From: Paludibacteraceae bacterium
Lineage (GTDB): Bacteria > Bacteroidota > Bacteroidia > Bacteroidales > Paludibacteraceae
DNA: 64,000 nucleotides
Direction: 5' to 3'
Assembly (NCBI GenBank): GCA_017527495.1
Contig: JAFXPY010000004.1
Location: forward strand, 7,102 to 71,101
In this document: positions 43,668 to 52,228 of the stretch, piece after piece
How positions within the stretch are numbered: the stretch's first letter is position 1
How the letters are laid out: every line of letters starts with the position of its first letter
Position numbers and translations under genes: made by a program
Notes under the pieces: generated by a model
What the model was told of the DNA's origin: nothing
Databases searched by the model: none
What the model saw: the letters and a program-made list of their open reading frames with translations, nothing else

Positions 43668-46652
43668 ATGAAAAAATTTTTACTTTTTTCCCTGCTATTC
43701 TTTATTTCATGTAGTGTTTTTGCCAATATAGCAACTCCTTTCCCTATTGAAGTAGAGCAACCGGATGGAACAACGCTGACGATTCGCTTGCATGGTAACG
43801 AACATTTTTCTTACAAGACTACTCTTGACAATCATTTTGTTGCACGTAATGACAAAGGAGAGTATGTCTATACAAAGTACAATACCGATGGCTCGCAAAA
43901 TCTTACGTCTGTTGTTGCCCACAATGCAGATTTTCGTGGGACAGCAGAGCAAAATTTTGTGGCTACTCTTTCTACTGAGTTGCCCTTCGACCAAATCGCT
44001 GTAACGCAGCGCCGTGCACCGCAACAGAAGCAGTTGTCACGTGGTTTCCCATTGTTAGGCTCTCCACGCAGTTTGGTTATACTGGTCAATTATAGTGATG
44101 TTAAGTTTATCACTGAGAATGCGCGTCAGGAGTTTGACGATTTGTGCAATCTCTCGGGATATTCAAAAAATAATAACCGTGGTTCGTGTCGTGATTTCTT
44201 TATAGCACAATCTGACAGCCTTTTCCAGCCTGATTTTGATGTAGTAGGTCCTTACGACCTGCCTCGTGAGCGTGCTTATTATGGTGCAGATGATGGCGAC
44301 AATCACTCTACTAATTCCGACCAAATGATTATTGGTGCCTGCGATTTGGCAGATGCTGCCGGCGTGGACTTTTCAAAATACGACTACGATGGTGATGGCG
44401 TAATCGACAATGTATTTGTGTTCTTTGCCGGACACGATCAGGCGCAGTCCGATATAACTGATGCAATATGGTCGCATAGATCAAACATCAGCCAGAATGT
44501 AGAGTTTGATGGCAAAAAATTGAGTGGTTATGCATGCTCGTCAGAGTTGCGCGGTGGCTCGGGAAGTACAGGAATGGCAACTATAGGAACTTTCTGTCAC
44601 GAATTTGGACATGTGCTCGGTTTGCCGGACTATTACGACACATCTTATAAATCAGGCGAGACAATCGGAACATGGGACATTATGTGCAATGGCTCATACA
44701 ATGGTCCTGAAAGATATTCTGGTGCCACACCTCCGTCTTATTGCTCACATTCACGCTGGTGGTTAGGCTGGAGAAAAGTTGAGCAACTGACTATGCCGGG
44801 TAGCTATAGCCTTTTGCCTGTTGCATTAGAAGGAACTACAAGTTATATGATAGCTCAAAACCGACACTCGCTCGACCCAACTGCAAAAGCAGAATATTTC
44901 TTGCTTGAAAACAGACAAAGAGTGGGTTGGGACAACACGACAACAAGTGTTCCAGGAACGGGCCTATTGGTATGGCATGTGATTTATGACGACGGAATAT
45001 GGCTCGCAAACCGACCGAACACATCTCCTAATTTGTTGTTCTATGTTGAGTCGGCAACAGGCAATAAACGAACAGCAGGTAGTGCCAATGATACCTACGG
45101 AGCACAAAAAAATGTTTTCATTCCTATGTTGGTTGATGGAACAAATATCAATCAACCTATCTACAATATCGCTCAGACAGGTGTCAATATGACCTTTACA
45201 TACAAAGAAGAAGAATTCAATGTAGTGCCACAACAGCTCAATACTTTTGTAACAGATATATGGTACGAAAACAAAAAAATCAATTCTTCAAAAACTGATT
45301 ATGCTATACAAAGCATTACTCTGAAAGCTGATTCACTCAGTCTTGAGGATTCTGTAATTACCATTACATCTAACAAAGAGCAATTTAGATTCTCTGCTGA
45401 TTCGTCTATAAATAGCGTATCAAGATCATATTCAATCAAACTCACAGAGGCAAAACTAAATCATAAGTTCTATGTTGTGTTTGCTCCAACAAAACCATAT
45501 TGTGAAGATAAAGCAATTGACGCAGTCCTGACTTTCCGTCATGGCTCAAATATGCAGGTATTGGCTGTTACAGGCTATGCCCCGCAGAAATCTTTAATGT
45601 CTGTTCCTGCGGCACTCAATCCTACTTATGTAACCCCTTATTCGGCTGAATTGAATTGGAAAAGTGTCAATGATGCAACAGATTATTATCTCACACTATA
45701 TCAGATGAGCGACAATGCTTCATCGCAAACGCAGAGTTTCGAGGATTTTGCTGATGCCTCAAAGGTGGCAATTGCAGGATGGAAGAGTAACTTCAATCGT
45801 ACAACTCGTACCTATAAACAAGACGGCAACTATAGCTTGTATTTCAATAATTCAGGTGAATATGTCGAAACCGAAACATATCCGGCCAATGTAAATCAAA
45901 TATCATTCTGGGTTGCACCTTACAATGTATCACCGAGCGATGCCGTCATTGGCAAACTCAAATTAGAAGGTTACAACGGCAAGAAATGGGTAAGTGTGGT
46001 GAATGAAATAACCATCCTCGCAAAAACAGAAAAAGGATTTTTGACTTTCGATGTTGATGAGAGTCTCGGTTTGTCGCAGTTCCGCTTGACGGCAACAACA
46101 GTTAACGGAAAAGGATTTGTCATAGATGCCTTTACAGCCAATATGGCAAAACAAATAACATACGTATTCCCTAACAAAAATGTGAGAGTTGAATCAACTA
46201 CCCTCAAGAGTGGTCAAATTGAGACTTATCATGTTGGCAATCTCAATCCTAATGCCAAATATTATTTCTATGTTGCAGCATCAGATGAAGCTCGTGCCTA
46301 TTGCAGAACCCACCTGACAGATGCTTCGGCAACAATAGAATTTTCTACATTAGAAGGCAATACCGGCGATCGCGATTTGACCTATGGAGTTATGGAAGTT
46401 GAGGTCGAAGAAGGCGGCATGTACTATAACAAACAGCAACGAATGATTTATGTTCCTGTTGCTGACGGCACATCAACATTGTATTTCTACGATGCCTTCG
46501 GTCATCTTGTTGCTTCTGTTCCTGTGCCTGCTCAGCAAAATGCCGTTCCATTCCCTGCAGGCAATTTTGAAGAAGGTCATTGGTATGTAATCAAATATTC
46601 GCCTAACGACAAAATGAAACGCAAAGACCGCAGAATAAAGATTCTGTATTAA
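43668..46652 (+). CDS. M6-family (immune-inhibitor-A-like) zinc metalloprotease with probable T9SS C-terminal sorting domain
   Basis: 994 aa. Signal peptide. HEFGHVLGLPDYYD zinc motif. Ig/FN3-like middle region. The last ~80 aa (..LYFYDAFGHLVASV..GHWYVIKY..RRIKILY) resemble a T9SS CTD. Confidence 0.82.
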   Translation: MKKFLLFSLLFFISCSVFANIATPFPIEVEQPDGTTLTIRLHGNEHFSYKTTLDNHFVARNDKGEYVYTKYNTDGSQNLTSVVAHNADFRGTAEQNFVATLSTELPFDQIAVTQRRAPQQKQLSRGFPLLGSPRSLVILVNYSDVKFITENARQEFDDLCNLSGYSKNNNRGSCRDFFIAQSDSLFQPDFDVVGPYDLPRERAYYGADDGDNHSTNSDQMIIGACDLADAAGVDFSKYDYDGDGVIDNVFVFFAGHDQAQSDITDAIWSHRSNISQNVEFDGKKLSGYACSSELRGGSGSTGMATIGTFCHEFGHVLGLPDYYDTSYKSGETIGTWDIMCNGSYNGPERYSGATPPSYCSHSRWWLGWRKVEQLTMPGSYSLLPVALEGTTSYMIAQNRHSLDPTAKAEYFLLENRQRVGWDNTTTSVPGTGLLVWHVIYDDGIWLANRPNTSPNLLFYVESATGNKRTAGSANDTYGAQKNVFIPMLVDGTNINQPIYNIAQTGVNMTFTYKEEEFNVVPQQLNTFVTDIWYENKKINSSKTDYAIQSITLKADSLSLEDSVITITSNKEQFRFSADSSINSVSRSYSIKLTEAKLNHKFYVVFAPTKPYCEDKAIDAVLTFRHGSNMQVLAVTGYAPQKSLMSVPAALNPTYVTPYSAELNWKSVNDATDYYLTLYQMSDNASSQTQSFEDFADASKVAIAGWKSNFNRTTRTYKQDGNYSLYFNNSGEYVETETYPANVNQISFWVAPYNVSPSDAVIGKLKLEGYNGKKWVSVVNEITILAKTEKGFLTFDVDESLGLSQFRLTATTVNGKGFVIDAFTANMAKQITYVFPNKNVRVESTTLKSGQIETYHVGNLNPNAKYYFYVAASDEARAYCRTHLTDASATIEFSTLEGNTGDRDLTYGVMEVEVEEGGMYYNKQQRMIYVPVADGTSTLYFYDAFGHLVASVPVPAQQNAVPFPAGNFEEGHWYVIKYSPNDKMKRKDRRIKILY

Positions 46653-46679
46653 ATTTGAAGATTTGAGAATTTGAAGATT
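46653..46679 (+). repeat. period-8 repeat ATTTGARR x3 immediately after the M6 protease stop
   Basis: taa atttgaag atttgaga atttgaag att. Confidence 0.8.
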
Positions 46680-46702
46680 AATCTCTTGCGTAAAATTATC
46701 AT

Positions 46703-46740
46703 TGTAGGGGCGTACCAGAGTGTACGCCCCTACATTTTAT
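46703..46740 (+). terminator. intrinsic terminator after the M6 protease gene
   Basis: TGTAGGGGCGTAC-CAGAGT-GTACGCCCCTACA followed by TTTTAT. Confidence 0.75.
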
Positions 46741-46778
46741 CCCCACACAAATGTCTAAATGGTAAATAGCAAAATATT

Positions 46779-46990
46779 GGTGTCCGATAAAAAAAACATA
46801 TATGCATTGATATGTTATTGAAAATAAGCATAATATAACAAATCCAAGTTTCGCAAGTAGTTAATGTGTCAAATTATAGGGACTTGTTAATGTCTGATTT
46901 AAAGGCAAAAAACCGCTTTAACGGTTGCATATTAAAATTATTTACTATGCTATTAACTCGAATGTCGAGCAATGTGCAACTACTATATAT
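46779..46990 (+). repeat. left module of the 16498 unit (46779-46850) fused to hairpin-bearing element copy 3 (46855-46990)
   Basis: GGTGTCCGATAAAAAAAACATATATGCATTGATATGTTATTGAAAATAAGCATAATATAACA, then AAGTAGTTAATGTGTCAAATTATAGGGACTTGTTAATGTCTGATTTAAAGGCAAAAAACCGCTTTAACGGTTGCATATTAAAAT. Confidence 0.85.
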
Positions 46991-47208
46991 CTGAAATTAA
47001 GAGGGTTGGCATAATTATATATATTGATATTAAACGGCTATGCAGTATTTTTTGGGGAGTGGGAAAATTTAGTCACAAAATTAACAATGATTTGGTTGGA
47101 AAAAAATGCCAGATTTTTTTTGTATTATAGGACAATTTACCAAAGAAACACGAAGATAGTTCGAAGATACTCAAAAGGTAAGAAATCACAAAATATCGCA
47201 TTATAGCT

Positions 47209-47239
47209 CAAAAAAAGCAGTGACATTAGCCACTGCTTT
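47209..47239 (-). terminator. intrinsic terminator of eno
   Basis: Minus strand: AAAGCAGTG-GCTAATGT-CACTGCTTT followed by TTTTT. Confidence 0.8.
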
Positions 47240-47259
47240 TACTCTATATGTTCTACAAA

Positions 47260-48579
<1,320 letters not shown>

Positions 48580-48625
48580 TTATAAATTGTTATTTGTTTT
48601 CTGTCTCTCTATATTGTTGGTTTTG

Positions 48626-48633
48626 CAAAGTTA
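48626..48633 (-). promoter_or_regulatory. candidate -7 box for eno
   Basis: CAAAGTTA on the + strand, 59 nt before ATG 48567. Confidence 0.55.
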
Positions 48634-48750
48634 ATGTTTTTTTTCATATCATGCAAATCAATTTTTGAATTGTTAAGTGCACATTGCAAATTTTTAAACA
48701 CAAAATAGCAAAAAAAATTGAAATAGTTTTGTCGGAATAAAAAAAAGTGT

Positions 48751-48758
48751 TAACTTTG
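48751..48758 (+). promoter_or_regulatory. candidate -7 box for tRNA-Ser
   Basis: TAACTTTG, 49 nt before the tRNA 5' end. Confidence 0.5.
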
Positions 48759-48806
48759 CAACCGCAAATTTGGGGCAACCCTTGTTTGCCGTAATTTTTC
48801 AGCTAC

Positions 48807-48893
48807 GGAAGGATGGGTGAGTGGCTGAAACCAACAGTTTGCTAAACTGTCGTACGGGTAACCGTACCGGGGGTTCGAATCCCCCTCCTTCCG
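48807..48893 (+). tRNA. tRNA-Ser (anticodon GCU)
   Basis: Manual fold. Acceptor GGAAGGA/TCCTTCC with discriminator G. Anticodon stem ACAGT/ACTGT with loop TTGCTAA (GCT). Long variable arm GTACGG-GTAA-CCGTAC. T-arm GGGGG-TTCGAAT-CCCCC. No encoded CCA. -7 box at 48751-48758. Confidence 0.93.
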
Positions 48894-48894
48894 C

Positions 48895-48929
48895 AAAAAG
48901 AGAGCTTCCTGCAAGGAGCTCTCTTTTTT
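48895..48929. terminator. bidirectional terminator shared by tRNA-Ser (+) and the PfkB kinase gene (-)
   Basis: AAAAAGAGAGCTTCCT-GCA-AGGAGCTCTCTTTTTT. Confidence 0.85.
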
Positions 48930-48934
48930 GTCGA

Positions 48935-49828
48935 TTAGCGTTGTTTCAGTTGCTCAACTAATTCATCGCTTATGTTGTTGCCTATCTGTTGGCATACATC
49001 TTGACTCCAACGTTGCGCCATGTCTATGCGTACATCTTGGCTCGTTATGTCGTGCAGAAGGGCGTAAATAAATCCTGCGTTGAAGTTGTCGCCGGCACCT
49101 ACGGTGCTTACTGTCGTTATCTTTCTAACCGGGTAATGTCGGCAGCCTTTTGTAGTGTAGAAAAGTATTCCGTTTGCGCCATCTGTTAGAATGAGATTAG
49201 GACAGAATGGTCTTACTCGCTCATAAATGGCATCTGTGTCTTGCAAATTGTAAAGATAGGCAAAGTCTTCCATTGAGCCGCGTACAAGTGTGGCAAGACG
49301 CATGTTTTCTTCAATATTACTCATCACTTGCGGGATGTCGGGGATATGTGTCTTGCGAAAATTGATGTCGTAGTAGAGCCATGCACCGGCGTTGTGAGCT
49401 GAAAGCAACATTTCCCTAACTTTTGGACGAATAGTAGGGTTGATAGCAAAAAAAGAACCGAACAGCACTATATCTGTAGGCCGGAAATCAGGCGTCTTGT
49501 TATCTAATGTAACTGAAGCATGGTCTTTGTAGAAAACATATTGTGCGTCATTGTTTTCGTTCAGAAAAGCAAGAGAGAGATGCGACTTGATACCTTTGTG
49601 GTGACAGACATATTCTGTTGATACTCCGTTTTTAATCAGGTAGTTGCATATCATGTCGCCTATATGGTCGTCGCCAATCTCTGTCACCATAATGCATTGC
49701 GCACCGGCTTTCCCGAGCGAGATAATACTATTAAAAGTCGAGCCTCCGGGAATGGCTGTCTGAGGTTCGTCGTTCTTGAAAATAATATCAAGCACTGTCT
49801 CTCCAATGCCTATAACTCGCCTATTCAT
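48935..49828 (-). CDS. PfkB-family carbohydrate kinase (fructokinase-like)
   Basis: 297 aa. N-terminal VIGIGETVLDIIF..GGSTFNS and C-terminal GAGDNFNAG motifs. Confidence 0.85.
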   Translation of the reverse strand: MNRRVIGIGETVLDIIFKNDEPQTAIPGGSTFNSIISLGKAGAQCIMVTEIGDDHIGDMICNYLIKNGVSTEYVCHHKGIKSHLSLAFLNENNDAQYVFYKDHASVTLDNKTPDFRPTDIVLFGSFFAINPTIRPKVREMLLSAHNAGAWLYYDINFRKTHIPDIPQVMSNIEENMRLATLVRGSMEDFAYLYNLQDTDAIYERVRPFCPNLILTDGANGILFYTTKGCRHYPVRKITTVSTVGAGDNFNAGFIYALLHDITSQDVRIDMAQRWSQDVCQQIGNNISDELVEQLKQR

Positions 49829-49882
49829 TTTTATATTTTCATCGTTTGTTAGCTGTTTTGTTGCTCTTCAGTGCAAAATATG

Positions 49883-50305
49883 TCACTGATAGATATAGTC
49901 CATCAGCTCATTATAGTTAGAAGAGAAAGTGAAGCAGTTGCGCAGTTTAGGATAATTTTCTTTGTCAAGGCAATAATTATAAGCATATTTCAAAAAAGCC
50001 AATCTATTGTCGTCGAAAGAAAAAGTATTAGCCATTACCGCCATATCGTCAGTGCAAAAATAACCGATAGTAACGCATAATTTGGCTATTTCAAGTCTCT
50101 TGTCGTCAAACGATTGCGCTTTAAGAGTCTGTATCACCATTTGCATTTGTTCAGCTGACGCACATTCAATATAATATTGTTCAACCGGTGGGCGGTGGTG
50201 ATAGCCGTGATTGCTGTGTCCCCCGTGGTGCCTGTTGTGAGGTCCTTGAGCCATAGCTCCAGTTGCAAGCATAGCAGCTGCAAGAATAAAAAAAAGTTTT
50301 CTCAT
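49883..50305 (-). CDS. DUF4476-like secreted protein
   Basis: 140 aa. Signal peptide and a His-rich linker. The C-terminal F.DDKRLEIAK...FSFDDNRLAFLKYAY pattern resembles DUF4476 (from memory). Confidence 0.55.
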   Translation of the reverse strand: MRKLFFILAAAMLATGAMAQGPHNRHHGGHSNHGYHHRPPVEQYYIECASAEQMQMVIQTLKAQSFDDKRLEIAKLCVTIGYFCTDDMAVMANTFSFDDNRLAFLKYAYNYCLDKENYPKLRNCFTFSSNYNELMDYIYQ

Positions 50306-50307
50306 AA

Positions 50308-50859
50308 TTATAATTGTTTTTGAGTGTTGATATATTCCACTTTGTTTCCAACGCTGTTGAGGAAGTGTTGGAAGGCGTCTTGAGAGATTACCACTGTTCC
50401 GCGGCAGTCATTAGGGTGGAAACTCAGTGATGCGGCATCTTTCAGACGACTGTCGAGAAAGAGAATCACATGGTGGTCGGTGTCGTTGATAAGTCCGAAA
50501 GGGCTTACGCTACCGGGTTCAAGACCGAGATAGCGCATCATGCGTTCAGGTGAAGCGAAAGATAATTTCCCCGGAGCGCGGTGTCCTTGTGAGACAAGAA
50601 TATCTTTGAGCCAATGTTCAATGTCATGAATGGCGAGGTCGTCGTCGCAAGGGAAACAGATGAGATAGTGTTGATCGCCTTTATGGTTGCGCATAAAGAT
50701 GTTTTTGCAATGCACCGAGCCATCGTCTTTCCACCACCGCTTAGCTTCTTCAATAGTCTTACCTTCGGGGTGATTGTAGGTTGTGAAAGGGATGTTGTGC
50801 TCTGTCAGGTAGCGCAACACATGTTCTTGTCTGTCAGATATAATTTCGTAGTTCATCAT
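50308..50859 (-). CDS. YbaK/ProX-like aminoacyl-tRNA editing domain protein
   Basis: 183 aa. ..VHCKNIFMRNHKGDQHYLI.. and LGLEPGSVSPFGLIND motifs are typical of prolyl-tRNA-synthetase-associated editing domains. Confidence 0.72.
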   Translation of the reverse strand: MMNYEIISDRQEHVLRYLTEHNIPFTTYNHPEGKTIEEAKRWWKDDGSVHCKNIFMRNHKGDQHYLICFPCDDDLAIHDIEHWLKDILVSQGHRAPGKLSFASPERMMRYLGLEPGSVSPFGLINDTDHHVILFLDSRLKDAASLSFHPNDCRGTVVISQDAFQHFLNSVGNKVEYINTQKQL

Positions 50860-50995
50860 AATAGTAATACAAAATTAATTTTATGGTTTTGCATTATTTT
50901 ATCAATCTTAAATTCAAATTAATAATGCAACAATGCTAATTTTTTGCAAAGTTACATTTTTTTTGCAAAAGTGTGAATATACTTTATTTGAATTA

Positions 50996-52054
50996 CTAAA
51001 AGTTTTCTTTACTTCTCTCACTTTTGCAAATCTCCTCCGCCATTGTATTCAGCGCAATACAGTCAGCACGGCTGATATGTTTCTTTTCAGCATCATGCTC
51101 CCATGGACTAAGAATCAACACTCGTCCTTCTGCTACAGCATCAAACAGACTATCCTGAGGCTTATAATATTCCAGAAAACCATTGTTGGCGAGATAGCTA
51201 AACGGGAGTTTCTCTTTTAAAAGCACAGCCATCACTTCTTTTTCTTTTTGCGAGATAAAAGGCGAAACCATAACCGTACCATGCCGTGCTGCTATTACAC
51301 AGCTGTTCATATAGTCACGCAAAGGCAGTATCTCGCCGTGTCCTGCTGCCTCTAACATCGTTCGGCGCACATGTACGGGGCGGTATTTCTCTTCTTGCAG
51401 CAATGCTATATTGACCACACCGCTATATTCGCGTCCTGCTATTTTGATGTTATGCTGAACGCGAAAGAGACCGGGCATAAGACGTTTGGTGGCTAACCGC
51501 TGTGGATTCATTTCGACGTACCGAATCATAGCCTGCAGCTGCCCTCGTCGCGACATGGGGCGAATAAAAGGCATCTCAGAAAATATCGGTTCACAAGGCT
51601 TATTTTGGCAAACTGAATCCTCTCCACTTAGGCAACGTTGGTTGTACCGAATAGTATTCGGGCTAATTGACGTTGTACATTTTGATATTTGGTTGATTGA
51701 TGCTGAGTATTCTCGCCCTGCTTTCTTTGCCCCTTGCCATAATCCGCGCACCAACATTTTGATGCTTACATCCATGGTCTGAGTCACATAAAGGATAACA
51801 TGCACATGGTCGGGCATCATTCTCAGTTTTATTATTCTTACTTCCTTATGCCGTTTCGGAATCTCATTCACACAGGCTTTTACACGAAGTCCCAACTCGC
51901 TAAGTTCCACTCTCGCTTGTTCCGGATCGTTATCAGGAATGACGAGTTCTCCGAGTAGCGGTTCTCGGCTTGACACCACGAGCGTCACATGGTAAATGCC
52001 GATGCCTTTCCATGCCGTACCAGGCTCCTGCCAATGCCATTGTTCGTCTGCCAT
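50996..52054 (-). CDS. IS200/IS605-type Y1 HUH transposase-like protein (RAYT-like) with ~170-aa C-terminal extension
   Basis: 352 aa. HUH motif in MMPDHVHVILYV (residues ~83-85). Catalytic-Tyr helix motif IRYVEMNPQR (Tyr ~179). No second transposase ORF (tnpB) adjacent. -7 box at 52177-52184. Confidence 0.7.
   Translation of the reverse strand: MADEQWHWQEPGTAWKGIGIYHVTLVVSSREPLLGELVIPDNDPEQARVELSELGLRVKACVNEIPKRHKEVRIIKLRMMPDHVHVILYVTQTMDVSIKMLVRGLWQGAKKAGREYSASINQISKCTTSISPNTIRYNQRCLSGEDSVCQNKPCEPIFSEMPFIRPMSRRGQLQAMIRYVEMNPQRLATKRLMPGLFRVQHNIKIAGREYSGVVNIALLQEEKYRPVHVRRTMLEAAGHGEILPLRDYMNSCVIAARHGTVMVSPFISQKEKEVMAVLLKEKLPFSYLANNGFLEYYKPQDSLFDAVAEGRVLILSPWEHDAEKKHISRADCIALNTMAEEICKSERSKENF
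51636..51678. repeat. 43-bp repeat, copy inside the HUH/Y1 gene (codons ~127-140), with 7+7 palindrome CCGAATA-G-TATTCGG
   Basis: CGTTGGTTGTACCGAATAGTATTCGGGCTAATTGACGTTGTAC matches 52112-52154 at 37 of the first 40 positions. Confidence 0.9.
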
Positions 52055-52111
52055 GTTTTGTGTTCTAATGCTTATTTAAGTTTGTTTTTTATCTTAATGC
52101 TAACTTATCAG

Positions 52112-52154
52112 CGTTCGTTGTCCCGAATAGTATTCGAGCTAATTGACGTTGCCG
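52112..52154. repeat. 43-bp repeat, copy in the leader of the HUH/Y1 gene (between the -7 box and the ATG)
   Basis: CGTTCGTTGTCCCGAATAGTATTCGAGCTAATTGACGTTGCCG. Confidence 0.9.
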
Positions 52155-52176
52155 TTATTCCGAATTATCTTTTTTG

Positions 52177-52184
52177 CAAAGTTA
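52177..52184 (-). promoter_or_regulatory. candidate -7 box for the HUH/Y1 gene
   Basis: CAAAGTTA on the + strand, 123 nt before ATG 52054. The 43-bp repeat lies in the predicted leader. Confidence 0.5.
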
Positions 52185-52228
52185 CTCTTTCTTTTGTATT
52201 TATGCAAATTTTAGTTTCCTTAGTTATC

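Noticed and set aside
48807-52054. tRNA-Ser followed by accessory-looking genes and a transposase-like gene, a possible integrated element
   Set aside because: There is no integrase, no direct repeat of the tRNA 3' end, and the intervening genes (PfkB kinase, DUF4476, YbaK-like) look like ordinary chromosomal genes.
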